A stretch of DNA of 58,772 bases, counting the filler, from Dugesia japonica (taxonomy: Eukaryota), in assembly GCA_001938525.1 (NCBI GenBank). It is 5 parts of 5 records of this genome, joined end to end, with 100 filler letters (N's around TTAATTAATTAA, not from the genome) between each part and the next. Parts side by side here need not be neighbours in the genome. Positions count along the whole stretch, not along the records: positions 40,669 to 49,709 come from MQRL01514211.1; positions 49,810 to 58,772 come from MQRL01626501.1; 3 more parts are not named here. The stretch is one strand, 5' to 3'. Made by a program: the position numbers and the translations under genes. Shown one piece after another: positions 40,725-53,484 of this stretch. How positions within the stretch are numbered: position 1 is the first letter of the stretch; each line of letters opens with the position of its first letter. The notes under the pieces were generated by a model. That model was not told the origin of the DNA, did no database searches, and worked only from the letters and a program-made list of their open reading frames with translations.

Positions 40725-42149
40725 TAATTAATTAATTTTAAAAATTTATTATTATGGTAAAATATATTAAAATATACGAAATATCATTTATTTTCTTATA
40801 ATGAAAATTATAGAAATATTAAGTTAGTTATTATTTCTAAATTTTTAACACAATTTATATCTGTGGTTAATAAAAAATTCATTTTAATTATAGATTGAAT
40901 CTTTCTCTAATTGATTATCAATGATGATGCGATTTTATTTCAGTAGCAGCGTTCTGGAAATTAATATTCATAAACTGATAAAGAAATACTAGAAACAATT
41001 CATATGTAGAATTTCCCATAAAATGCTTGATATATATATTCTGTGTTTTAAATTACAAAATATATTTTTTGTTTGTATTTTGTATAATATTAATATTTAA
41101 TTAATTTTAATTTAACATAATGATTAAAATAATGATTATGATTATGATANNNNNNNNNNNNNNNNNNNNNNNNNNNNNNNNNNNNNNNNNNNNNNNNNNN
41201 NNNNNNNNNNNNNNNNNNNNNNNNNNNNNNNNNNNNNAATAATAAATTTATAGATACGAATAAAAGAAATTTTTGTCAGCGCATATTTGTTTTAAATCTC
41301 ATATATTTACCAAATTGATACATTTATTAATTTAATATGCATACAATAGAAATGCGAACGATAGGACAAATAAATTATCTAACAAAATAATTGAGCAACG
41401 TTCAAACTGGGCACGGATGTTTGTTGTGGATAGAAAAATAATGTGTTTGATCAAGGAAACACAAAAGGTCAATTAGCTTTCCACGTGTCTTTTTCAATTT
41501 AGAAAATTAAATATTTTAATTTTGTTGACTATTCAAATAGTTTTTTGCATTAAAATAACAAAAAGAACGAGAAAACATAAAAAAAAACTATATTTTTACT
41601 ATTTAAAATTATGAATTATTTTCATTTGTGTTTAAATTCTTTGCAATTTCTGGATATTTTGAGGGAAATTTTATTTCAATTTGTTTGCGAATGGAGTTTA
41701 CAAATTATTTTTTGATATATAATATTATCATTTGTATTTAAACATTGAAAAAATGGCATATTAAATTAGCTAAGAAACACTATAATTAAATTAGAATTTA
41801 ATATTTTTCGAAAAATCAATAATTTAGAAAAATTAAAAACAAAAAAGAAAATTTAAAAATTAAATATTTGAAGAAACAAATGAAATTTTAATTTGATATA
41901 GAATTAAAAGTAAAGTTGTTTGTATTTAATGTTCGACAGCAGATTGCATATTTTAATATTTTAATAAATAAAGCAACGTTATGATATTACAAAGAATAAA
42001 TTTAATTATCATGAAAGAACTGATATTATTAAAATTTGTCCAAATTATACAAATGAAATTTTACATTTTGAAGTGACACGATAAATCTCTTTTAGCCTTT
42101 TCTTTTCTTAAACTTGTTTGTTTTTATAGAGAGAAAGTATAGTTGGAAG

Positions 42150-42910
42150 ACAGCATGATCCTAATTTATTTGGAAAAAAATTAGGAATGTATATCGCATA
42201 TGTAAACAATTTACTTTTATTCTCAAAGCTAAGAAGAAGATACTTCTTTGTTTCAGATATATAGACGATATTTTCTTTGTTACTAATTCATCTTTAGAAA
42301 ATATTTTAGAACTAGCTAATAGTATCAATGATAACATTAAATTCCCTTTAGAGAACTCAATCAACGTTCAGATTCCTTTTCTAAACATTTTAATCCAAAA
42401 GAAACCTGGTGAAGTATTAACTACCCAGTTGTATATTAAACCATTTCCCAGTGAACATATATTACCCTGGAGTAGTAATACTACCACCAGACAGAAAATT
42501 GGAATAATCAAGGGTGAAAGAATAAGAGCTGAAAGACTATCTTCAAATAAAGAAATGAGATTGACCTCCCTCGGGTTGATAAAAAATAAATTTCTAAATT
42601 ATGGTTATTCAAATAGAATTTTATCTAAATATTTATCCTCGAGTGCAAAATTTAATAAAATCAAATAAAAGACAAATACAGTAATTAAATTACTTTTTAT
42701 TAATAAGAAATGCAGCCAAATCATGCAAAATATAATTAAAAAGTCGAAACTAAAACACAATCCAAGAATTATATTTAAAACGCAAGCACCTTTTTGGTAT
42801 CCAATTACAGAAACCAAGACAAAACCTTTGTGGTCCCAAATGTATTTGTGATGGTAGAAATTTATGCAATAAAAAAATATCTCTTACAAAATAACATGCA
42901 CCTTATGTAA
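42150..42910 (+). mobile_element. Penelope-like RT fragment
   Basis: FRYIDDIFFV (RT YxDD), IPFLNILI, LYIKP..HILPWSSNT, NYGYS, CGPKCICDG. Confidence 0.88.
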
Positions 42911-43335
42911 TTTACAAGGTCACTGATACAGCATACTTGATTCTGATTGGTCCGTCATCTAGTATACTCAGTTCTGATTAGTTGAAAGTTTGAAGGTAAA
43001 AATGAAATAGTATCTAGTATTCTGATTGATGGAATATTTCAAGGTCGAATTTCTTTTCTATGACAACTATTTGTAGGTCAATGTCAATTATCATTCAGAC
43101 AGGCTTAATAATAATCCACGTGCAGTTAATCCTCATGCTGCGTAATATTATTAATCCCCGCGCAGACTTAATATTAATAATCCCCGTGCGAATATTAAAT
43201 TTAATATTAAAAATTAATATTAAACTTCCCCGGCAAACTTACTAGTATCAATCCACATGCAGACTTAATATTATTAATCTCAGAACAGAATATATTTTAT
43301 TAATCCCTGAGAAGACTTAATATTAAAATTCCTTG
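42911..43335 (+). repeat. Polinton-like subterminal repeat block
   Basis: CAAGGTCA / CTGATTGG units and GCAGACTTAATATT units homologous to 46500-46795. Confidence 0.6.
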
Positions 43336-43838
43336 TTATCTAATTCTTTTTCTAATTAATTTCTCGAAATCAATCATTTCCCCAATGATTCACATTTCTT
43401 TTTAAAAAAAGAAATTTGATTATAAAGAATATGTAATTTTTAATGTCTTTATTTATTATTTTAACCAAATTAAAAAATAATATTATTTTACTATCCTATT
43501 CATACCACATACATGTATTGTAAATTTAAAATATGAATGAAAAAAAAATTTACTAAGAAATACTAGTAAAACATATTGATCTTTTTTTATAACAGAAGTG
43601 AAATAATTTCCTAAAAGAATAATAAAAATATCCAAAGTAAAGAGTTATAATAAATTAAAATGATAATCGTTCAGAAATTAAATTGAAAATTGTGTTATCG
43701 TTAAATATTATTAAATTTGAGGTATAATGAATTTCTAAAGTTTGAATAAATCAATAATGGAAAAAGATATAATCAAATTAAACAGATAATCAAGTAACTA
43801 TATCAATTTCATAAATATAAAATTTTGAGAATTATTGA

Positions 43839-43878
<40 letters not shown>

Positions 43879-43902
43879 AGTAATTTCATAACTATATAAC
43901 TA

Positions 43903-45350
43903 CACTGGTAAATATTCGTTTAAGCGCACTTAATATATTGTCTATATTTCATTTTATATGTGACTTATAAATATAACTTTGATTAAGAGGCATTATTGCT
44001 ATCAAAATAAGCACGAAAAACTCTTTCTTTATGTAATTAATTTAATAATAGCTTAAATAAATTGAAAAATTCAACAGAAACACACTAAAATTCGTATGTT
44101 TTCTTTGAGGTTTTACTAAATGAAAAATCCTTCTAGAAATTGAATTGGATAAATTTTTTATTGTCGGTTTGTGATTGTCCCTCCAGCACTCCTTGATGCA
44201 TTGTTGCAAATCGAAAGTAGTCTTAAATTGTCTCCAATTGCCATACACATTTGATGATAGTACGCCCAAAGGTTTTCTAGAAAATTTAAATTGAAACCGC
44301 ATGACTGAAAATCAATTAGAAAAATTCCTTTCGAGAAAAATCAAAACTTTGTCAGACAAAAAACAAGTATGGAAGCGTTATACCCCTGGTAATCGAAACT
44401 AATTCCAACTGTGTTATTCAAAGATGAAAGCAGAGCACTTTCTAACAATTCTGTAAATAAAATGGGAGATTTTCGTGTTTATACTGTGTATATTAGCAAC
44501 TTTCCAAAGAAACTAAAATCACTCCAAACCAAGACACTTAAATTTCAATTAGCCCTCATTTTTTGATTTGCCTTTAAATCCTTCCAATAACAAGAATAGC
44601 AATCAGAGGTTAAACTTTTTTTTTCAGAAAAGATTACTTATTGCCATTTATCTGTTCAATGCATGTAGCTTTGGGCAAAGTTCAACCACTTTTCAATATG
44701 AACTAAAGTAAGTCTTGGCTTTGACTTCATTTTCTTCTATTTTCTGTTAGGTGATGACAGTAATATATAACCAATATGCTTGCTAGTGACTGGAAAATTC
44801 AGTTTTCTTTTAATCTGAATACTATTCAAATGGTTCTTCGTAGCTTCGCACTTTATTTTATTCTTTTGCTTTGTCGTCAGCTTTTAAATCTCTCGTGTTT
44901 TATTTTTTTTTCATATGTATTAACTTTTTTAGAATATTTCGTATTGCACTTTCCGATCTTTCAATTTACTAAAGTTATTTTCCTGTTTGATAGATTATTC
45001 TCTTTGTAACATCGGAATTTCGGTAATTTCTTTGATAGTTAGGTAGGTACCCTATATCATGATTAAAAACTAGAAAAATTGACGATAATAAAATTTCATT
45101 TTTAAATAATACTAATGTACTTAATCTAAAGTACAAAATATTTAGATCATTTAAATTGATTTAAATAAATTATGCTTATTATATGTGGTTTTCTAAAACT
45201 GCTCTCAAAGAAATATTAGGCTATTTTATCATAAAATTACTTTGAATCAAATTATTTTTTTATTTTTAAGAAATCCTCCGAAAATATTTTTAAGGAGCAA
45301 CTTTGAATCTAAAATAATTATAAATTAAATATCAATTACAAAAAAAATGG
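43903..45350 (-). mobile_element. Tc3-like transposon, copy 2 (transposase remnant ~44090-45060)
   Basis: TA|CACTGGTAAATATTCGTTTAAGCGCAC left TIR. Colinear with copy 1. Right outer TIR is missing. Confidence 0.9.
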
Positions 45351-45591
45351 AATTTGTTTTTTAAAAATTTAACATTTATATGTTTAAGAAAATTTGTGAA
45401 TCTGTTTCTTTGTTTAACTTGCATTCTTATTGCGCACCTACATTACTCATGCTCTTTGTATACTTGAATTTCAGTTATATTATCTTTGACTCATGCTCTT
45501 TGTTCAAGTTGCAATGTCTTTGTTTAATTTGCAATACATATTACACATAATAAATAGATTTATTTAAACAGAGCGCAGTAGATTATAAACA

Positions 45592-46242
45592 ATGTATTCA
45601 ATTATATATTTTTATAAAATTGAGTTGAGAAATGATGCTGTTTATCAAATTTTTGATCCAAGCGGTAGCGGGAAAACCTTATTTTTATGCCAGTTAATAA
45701 AATCAAATTGATTTAAATCAAATTTAACAAAATATATTGTCATAGAGGTGCAGATAAAGAGCTTGGATTAATTCAATCAGAATTTTGCAACATTAAAATG
45801 ACAATTATAAAGGGATTTGATTCTAATTGAGCAAACTATTGAAACCAGGAGATGTAATTATANNNNNNNNNNNNNNNNNNAAGGCTAATAAAGAAAAGAA
45901 TTTGAATAACTTATTTACAAAAATAAGCAGATATTGTTATGTGATTGTTATAAGCATTACTTAAAATTTATTCCATTAAGGAGAAAGTCATAGGAACCTT
46001 AATTTAAATGTACAATACTTGATTCTATTAAACTTCCAAGAGATCAAACAGTTGTTGATTATTTAGTAAGACAAGCCTATCTATATAATAGACAATTTCT
46101 TTTTTAATCATTTCAAGATGCAAAAATAAATCCACATATTTATATTTTTCTCGACTTTACGCAACAATGTTCAGACGAACTGAGATTGAGAACCGATATT
46201 TTCAATCCTGAAGGTGTTAGTGTGTACAAACAAACTAAGTAA
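45592..46242 (+). pseudogene. Polinton A32-like packaging ATPase, degenerate
   Basis: YQIFDPSGSGKT (Walker A), NLFTKISR, IT*NLFH, LNLNVQYLIL, RDQ, YIFLDFTQQCSDELRLRTDIF. Confidence 0.88.
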
Positions 46243-46257
46243 GTATTATATTATAAA

Positions 46258-46461
46258 ATGTCGAAATTTAAGAAAATTATAGTTGATCAAATCAAAAGTA
46301 TTCTTAAAGTGAAGAAAGATAAACGATCAAAAAAGCGTATTATAAAAAAGAAAAAAAGTGGAAAGAGGAAACAAAGTAATGAGTTGAATGTGTTTAAGAA
46401 ACTAGCAAAACTATATGGTAAGAAAATGAAGAACACAAACGGAAAATGGACATCGTTATAA
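46258..46461 (+). CDS. Small K/R-rich ORF downstream of the ATPase (putative core-like protein, truncated)
   Basis: ATG lies 15 nt after the ATPase stop and the product is highly basic. Confidence 0.4.
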   Translation: MSKFKKIIVDQIKSILKVKKDKRSKKRIIKKKKSGKRKQSNELNVFKKLAKLYGKKMKNTNGKWTSL

Positions 46462-46478
46462 ACAAATATGGGTAAGTT

Positions 46479-46795
46479 ATTAGATAGATAGTAGCGCACA
46501 AATTTTTTCAAGGTCAAAGTGTTTATGTATACTTGATTCCAATTGGTAGAAAATTTTTTCAAGATCAAAGTGTTTATGTATACTTGATTCTGATTGGTGG
46601 AAAAATTTTTCAATTCAAAGTGGCTCATTATACTCGATTCTGATTGGTTAAAGTTTTTAAGGTCAGTGATACAGTATATTCAGTTCTAATTGGTGAAATT
46701 TTTCAAGGTCGAATAAATGTAGGTCAAGTTAATATCCATAGCAACTATCGTCAAGGCAGACTTCATAATTAAATTTCCCGCGCAGACTTACTATA
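46479..46795 (+). mobile_element. Polinton-like left terminus with ~50-bp subterminal tandem repeats
   Basis: ATTAGATAGATAGTAGCGCAC followed by 4-5 units carrying TCAAGGTCA-like and (CTG)ATTGG motifs. Confidence 0.7.
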
Positions 46796-47048
46796 TAAAT
46801 TTTTTAATGTTTCAAATTATTTTTTGCAGAGGAAAAATAAATATTATTTGTCAATTTATATATGACATTAAGATACCACAACGTAATATAATTNNNNNNN
46901 NNNNNNNNNNNNNNNNNNNNNNNNNNNNNNNNNNNNNNNNNNNAATTTATATATGACATTAAGATACCACAACGTAATATAATTAGTTTGGTTTCTAATT
47001 TATTTTCCAATTAAATTTTTTTTTTAGGATTTTTTAGATTTTACAATA

Positions 47049-47099
<51 letters not shown>

Positions 47100-47113
47100 T
47101 TGGTTGATCAGTA

Positions 47114-47520
47114 TTGGCTGATCATCAATTGGGATTAAATAATAAAAATGCAATTTATCCGATAACAAAGAAGGAAATTGTTGCTTTTGCAATTACTAAA
47201 GATAGTACATCATTTTATAAGGAGCAAATCTTTGGTGATCGTCGTTTACCCAACTTTCTTCTAATTGCATTTCATAAAACCTCTACTTCAACATTTCANC
47301 ATTTAAATGCTACTTTCATATCTTTATCGAAAAACATTGATTATCGAGATACATATATTCAAGATTTTTAAAACAATGATTATAGTATAACATATTTGCA
47401 ATTCGTTGTTCGAAATATGAGATATTTGGATAAAAATATGAATTGTGGAATAACCTTTGAGTAATTTAAAAGCAAATATTATTTTTTCATTTGTACTTGC
47501 TCCAGATTTTGATATCATTT
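47114..47520 (+). pseudogene. Polinton major capsid protein (double jelly-roll) C-terminal fragment
   Basis: AIYPITKKEIVAFAITKDSTSFYKEQIFGDRRLPNFLLIAF and CGITFE*F...FSFVLAPD resemble the Polinton MCP motifs YPI.R..VK.F.I...LF.G..P and F.FDLTPD. Confidence 0.65.
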
Positions 47521-49709
47521 AATTTAAAGATTTATTTAATATTATTCATTAATAATATTAATCTAACAGTTGACCTTTTTACGATTTTGCAAATTTGTGT
47601 CTAGCCAAATATTGGTGTTGAAGACAAACTGTTTTTATCTTATAAATGTTAATCAGTTGTAGCAATGTATATTTGAGATATTAATTTAACTATTTCAGTA
47701 TATTTTCAGCATGCAATTATCCTTGTGCGTCTTTGNTTGCTCTTTGGTTCCTTGCTTGCTCATTGGTAACTCTGCTCGCTCTTTGGGTTTATGGGTTTCC
47801 TTTCTTTCTCGATATCCAATATTCAATTATATTAGAAAATAAGAGTTTGACATAGAAAATGCGGGTCTCATCATTTTCAAGCAAGCAAGTATTCAATTAT
47901 TTCTTATCCAAACTATGTTTCACTATAATATTTAGTATGTTTCTTTGCTTTAAGTTAGATAAATGATAAGTAAGAACAAGACTGAGAAAAATCAAGTGAG
48001 AAAGAATAAGTTCAATAGGTCTAGAGTGAGAGATAATGAGAGATACTATAAATAATAAAAATGACACAAACTTTTTAATTTTCAAAGTTTCTTTCGAAAG
48101 GAATGAGAAAATAATACTAAAATTTACTAAAACATTTTTGAAATAGTTGAAAAATGACAGGAAATTTTCTAATTTTTAAAATTTACAGAAATTTTCCTTA
48201 AACTGGTTAAAATTTCCAAAATCTATTTTATCATCTTTAAAAATTTACAGGAAATTTTCTGTAATACTGTCAAGATTCATATCCTGATAATTCATGCATA
48301 TAATTACTTAGTAAAAATTAATTTCAAATGTTAATATTATCGGGGACAGTATCTAAACATAACCCAATACTCGTTACCAACAGCTTTAACAAACACAATT
48401 TTCTCTATCATTAAGTCTTACCATACACATTACTCGATACCATCAAGTATTAATATACAGAATACTCGCTATAATCATTTACCTATTGATAATTCAGTTA
48501 ATGGTTTAATCTGTTCATCGCTTATCCAATATAATCAACTCTATAATTCACTAATTATATATACTTGACAACTAATAACCAATTAATTGTTTTACCCAGA
48601 AACATACGCTAAATCTAGGTCGTGGTCTGACTATTCTATCAAAATGTCACATTTCTATTTACTAATATTATTAATAATAACAATAACAAAAATAATAATA
48701 ATAATAAAAATAATAATAAAAATAACAATAAACACAATAATAATTATTATAATAATAACGATAATAATAATAATAACCATATTAATACAAATATTAATAA
48801 CAATAATCAAAATAACAATAATCAAAATGATAATTATTATAATAATAACAATAATAATAATAATAACCATATTAATACAAATATTAATAATAATAATAAT
48901 AATATTTATAATAATAATAGTATTAATAATAATAATAATAATCAAACTACTAATGATTAAAAATTTAATGATCACATTTTAAGAACTGAATTCGTACTCA
49001 CAAGTATCTGTCACAATTAGACAATTGAAATAGCGATTCCATATGTAGTCATTTGACTTAATCTTAAGATGACTCTTGAAAACGACGACAACTACTACGT
49101 TTTTAATTAATACTTAACCGTAATGACAACCATTCAAATCCTATCATGAATATTGATGGTATTATATTTTCTCAAAAATTATATGTGATATTATAGTACG
49201 ATCATGTAAACACGATGTCACATATCATACAGACAAATATAAAAATAATTCTATCATTGAGAATAAATTGGCTATTCGTTATAACAAAAGCAGCAATCAA
49301 ATAAAAGATTGCAATTTACTATATTAACGTGTAAACATAATGTAATGAGAATGCCATGAGAAAAGACTATAAAAGATTTTAATACGATTTCTTTTAATAT
49401 TAATTATTATTATTAAGTGAACATTTTGTTATTTTAAATAATTTCTTTAACTTTTGGATTGTGTTGATTTTCAATTTAGATTCCAATTATAATTATTTAA
49501 AAGGATTTATTTCCAATTTCACTAAAATGTCAGCAATCTATGAGAAATGTAAACGAAAATCTCTTAAACTTTCTCAGCATTGTACACTGCCAGTGTTTTC
49601 TGTAGAATTTCCACAAAATTAGAAAATCGAGTAAAATAAACAATATTCAATTAACTGAGAAATTTTCCTAGTTCTGAGACAATATTTTTTGCTTTAAAAC
49701 AATAATTTT

Positions 49710-49809
49710 NNNNNNNNNNNNNNNNNNNNNNNNNNNNNNNNNNNNNNNNNNNNTTAATTAATTAANNNNNNNNNNNNNNNNNNNNNNNNNNNNNNNNNNN
49801 NNNNNNNNN
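49710..49809. other. Artificial contig-join spacer
   Basis: 44 N + TTAATTAATTAA + 44 N. Confidence 0.95.
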
Positions 49810-49855
49810 TATTGATAATTTTTAATTCGTTCGATAAACTCATAACTGCTTATAG

Positions 49856-50480
49856 TTATATAACTGTTAATAGTTTAAATTGAAGTTCCTTAATGTTGTT
49901 ATCTATTTCCATAATATGACAATTATAAGTTTGAATTGTGCGTCTGAATACTTGTAGATACTTGCATTTCGATGAAAAAATTGAGAAATCATAAGATGTT
50001 TCATTTGCTGTATTTTCTGATCTATGTAATTGACATTTTAACTTGTAAATGGAAGCTTTAATCATTGCAATATTTGATGAGTCAGAAACTTTTGAATTGA
50101 CCAGGATATAGCTCGGAACTTTATTAAGTAAATTTATTTGCTTGTCGGCGAATGCATGTTCAGTAAGATTTTTGAAAGGAAGAACAGTTGTATAAGACCT
50201 TTGATTTGGATTTGCTTTGATTTTCTCTTCATTTTTAGATTTTTCATTAAGTAGAATACTTATTTTCTTTTGTTTATTGCAATAACTTATTTCGTTATAT
50301 TTGTTAAACGTTTCTTGATCTACTTTATTAAGAGTAAAAGGTAGAGGTTTATTTTTAGCAGATAATTAATTTCACTACAAAGTTTCTTTCGAATAAGAGT
50401 CATCCACTGAAAACTTTGTCGTTTAGACAATTCTTTAAATTGGCGACAATTAAAGGTGTTCTCAAGTTTGTTTTGAATTC
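49856..50480 (-). pseudogene. Probable Penelope-like ORF N-terminal remnant
   Basis: Long frame with FKNLTEHAFADKQINLLNKVPSY, similar to the NLS..LT..E..LL.KG..F motif upstream of PLE RTs. Confidence 0.5.
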
Positions 50481-50699
50481 TTATCCCAAAATTCAAGAGT
50501 TTTCAAAAGTTTTCAAAATATTTTTGAAATTTGGAATATCCTTGGAATCCCAGAAAAATTTCTTTAAACAATTTTAAAAATTTTCATATTATTTAAACAA
50601 CATTCACCCTGATTTTCACAAAGAATTTTAAATTATCTTTTAAATACTTGAACATTTAAACAAAATCGACTTTTATCATGAATTTCCTTAAAATTCAAT

Positions 50700-51872
50700 C
50701 CAAACTGATCAAACCCGAGGAATTGATCACTGAAATTTACCTAAAACTCTCCCTTGTAAATAATTTACCACAACCAGTCAAAAACCATCCAAAACCAACC
50801 ACTGTGAGTAAATAATTGACCAAATNNNNNNNNNNNNNNNNNNNNNNNNNNNNNNNNNNNNNNNNNNNNNNNNNNNNNNNNNNNNNNNNNNNNNNNNNNN
50901 NNNNNNNNNNNNNNNNNNNNNNNNNNNNNNNNNNNNNNNNNNNNNNNNNNNNNNNNNNNNNNNAAAAAAAACAAATGAACCTAATTAATCAATACAGAAG
51001 ATAAAATTGACCGAATCGCCTAAAAAATACCCATAATAACCATTTCCAAGGAAAGATTTAAGCAACATGTTCTAAACCGACCACGTTTGTCCATTCTCAA
51101 TGAAATATTCAACCAAATCGCCTAAATATTACCAATCCCGATAAATATACGATCAAATCGTCCAAAACCGAGCCAAGTTCATCTGAACCAACCAAAAATT
51201 GACAAAATTGTCCAAATATTCCCCAAAACTGACTAATCCTGAAAACATAATTTACCCAAACTTACCTAAACGGAGTAAATGATTGACCAATATTGCCTAA
51301 ACCAGGGAAATATTCGACACAATCATGCAAAATTTCTTCCAATTGATTATTCTCGAGGAAAAATTCAACCAAATCACTCAAAAATTACCCAAATTCACCA
51401 AACACGAGCAAAGTATTGACAAATATTGCCTAGATCCGGAAATATTTGACCAAATCATCCAAAAATAAACCAAAATTCAACTAAGTTAACCTATTACCGA
51501 CCAAGTTTGTCCAGATCTACTTCACCGATGAAAATTTGACCAATATTACCTAAACCGAGTAAATAATTGACCAAATAGTTCAAAACTGACCCAAAATGAC
51601 CAATCTGGAGGAAATAATAGTCCAAATCACCAAATTGATCAAACTCGCGAAAATAATTAACGAATATTGCCTAAACTGAGTAAATAATTGACCAATATTA
51701 CTTAAACCGAGTAAATGATTAATCAATATTGCCTAAACCGGGGAAAGATTCAACCAAATCACCATAAAAATACCCAAACTAACCGATCGCGAGGAAATAT
51801 TTCACCAAATCTTCTAAAAATTACTCTAAACCAATCAAAAATTAACCTTATTCGACGTCACCGAGTAAATAA
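50700..51872. repeat. Degenerate tandem repeat array
   Basis: Recurrent TTGACCAAATATTGCCTAAACCGAGTAAATAA units of about 33 bp. Confidence 0.85.
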
Positions 51873-51914
51873 TGTATGATTATTTAATGGTTTGATAGTA
51901 AGAATAGAGTAAGC

Positions 51915-51937
51915 CAGTGCTACACTATCTACCTACT
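51915..51937 (-). mobile_element. Polinton-like terminus motif
   Basis: Reads AGTAGGTAGATAGTGTAGCAC on the minus strand. Confidence 0.5.
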
Positions 51938-51944
51938 ATTTATT

Positions 51945-52400
51945 ATAATGATCCTATACCTTTGATATATGACCGTCCAGATAAATAAATTACTAGAGAA
52001 AGTTTCACCATAAAAAATCTCAACTCCAGTATTCTTTTGATTTTCCACCTACTACTTAATTTGGAATACATAGCAATTTCTTTATTTTTTTGTTTTTCTA
52101 CAAACTCTTTTAAATATTCCATGACTTTGTATGACCATGATTATTCCTTAATCTTTTTTTCTTGATCATCTTCCTTTTCGAATTCGGCATGGATTCCAAA
52201 TTGTACTTTACAGATTTGAAATTTCTCGACTTCATCCTACACTTTATTTCTGATATGATCAGGCACATAAACACTTTTCATTTCTCACTGTTTCTCCTTA
52301 AACTGGAGACTAATAAAGGCTCCATTGAAATCTGATTTTCTAGCATATTCATCAATAATTGTTCATATTCTTTTTCTCTTCTCCTTTTCCACATTTTCTT
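51945..52400 (-). pseudogene. pPolB N-terminal region, truncated (not in the ORF track)
   Basis: SDFNG...MKSVYVPDHIRNKV*DEVEKFQICKVQFGIHAEFEK...EKIAMYSKLSSRWKIKRILEL aligns by eye to copy 1 SDF...MKELILPDTLVQKLNKIIEEMKVIKIRFGIYVEFLR...EKIVLRSELGSSWTLSRIIEI. Confidence 0.75.
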
Positions 52401-52519
52401 AAAATTATAAAATAATAATGCTAATAATGNNNNNNNNNNNNNNNNNNNNNNNNNNNNNNNNNNNNNNNNNNNNNNNNNNNNNNNNNNNNNNNNNNNNNNN
52501 NNNNNNNNNNNNNNNNNNN

Positions 52520-52587
<68 letters not shown>

Positions 52588-52961
52588 TCCGATTTTGGCA
52601 TTCTTTCCAATTTTCAATCAATAACATTCAAAATTTTCATTTTAGGACCTGGTAAGTAAAGGTTGCGGAAAAGTTGTTCTTTTAGTTCTATATCATTATC
52701 TAACTGTTTCATTGCTTGCCTCATTTTTTTGAGATCACGTTCACTCATATTTTTGATTAGATACATGTGTTTTTGATTTATCAATTTCTACACTGTCTTC
52801 AGTATTTACAATAATCGGCTTATACAACAAGTAGAAATAGTGATTTTTAAATTTCTGATCAGTTGGTTGATGTTCCAATTCATTTTGTTGTTCCTAGTTC
52901 ATTGTGAAGTTGTAAAATAATAAAAGAAATTTCTACATTTATACATAATATTCTTTAATAA

Positions 52962-53441
52962 TTAATTTGAGTCATTTAGACAATGATGTATATATTTTGC
53001 GATTTCTTTGATAATTTTATGATAATCCAATGACTTTAGTACCAAAATCACCACTTTTCCACTGGCTAAAACATTGACACATAATGGCTTATACTTGTTG
53101 ACTCGTAATGCAGGAAATAATTTTGGTTCGAACCAACAATGTAATACACTGTTCATTCTATATAAATTCACTTCCCGTCCAATATCATATGTTATAGTAT
53201 TTGATTGAATACCATCTATTTGGATATTGATATTTTTACAAGTGATTTGTTTATTCATGATTGCTTTTTTGCATCACATGATTCGACAGTTTACAGATTT
53301 AAAAACAATTACTGAATAATTTTTCATTTTTACTACACACTGTCTGTGTTTCTTCCAGGTATTAAATCAAAGATCTAAAAGTGAATCAATTAGATGACCT
53401 CTGTAATTAATATTTGATTTGTTTAGTAATGAATGATCAAT
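52962..53441 (-). pseudogene. Intronless TATA-binding-protein-like gene (both TBP repeats; two in-frame TGA)
   Basis: Repeat 1: SNINYRGHL...QCVVKMKNYSVIVFKSVNCRIM*CKK. Repeat 2: IQSNTITYDIGREVNLYRM..CWFEPKLFPALRVNKYKPLCVNVLASGKVVILVLKS. Compare TBP ALIFSSGKMVCTGAKS and YEPELFPGLIYRM..P....LIFVSGKVVLTGAK. Confidence 0.85.
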
Positions 53442-53484
53442 AATTATAAACTTATATAATCTTTTGAATAAACAAATCATTTCT
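53442..53484. promoter_or_regulatory. Putative bidirectional promoter between the TBP-like and ATPase genes
   Basis: Short divergent spacer with TATAAA (+, 53445) and TATATAAG (-, 53451-53458). Weak evidence in AT-rich DNA. Confidence 0.3.

Noticed and set aside
7795-44345. TGA read as Trp: TGA occurs at conserved Trp positions in PolB (~7800, ~30730), both Tc3 copies, env and Penelope
   Set aside because: The same genes also contain TAA/TAG stops and frameshifts, TGA also replaces Arg and Gly, and the host kinase Trp codons I checked are TGG. Mutational decay explains the pattern.
28901-51943. Near-matching 6-mers ATTTGT/ATTTAT flanking the 28907 and 51937 termini as a TSD
   Set aside because: They are on different contig pieces, the TIRs do not match beyond the terminal motif, and a chance match is likely in AT-rich DNA.
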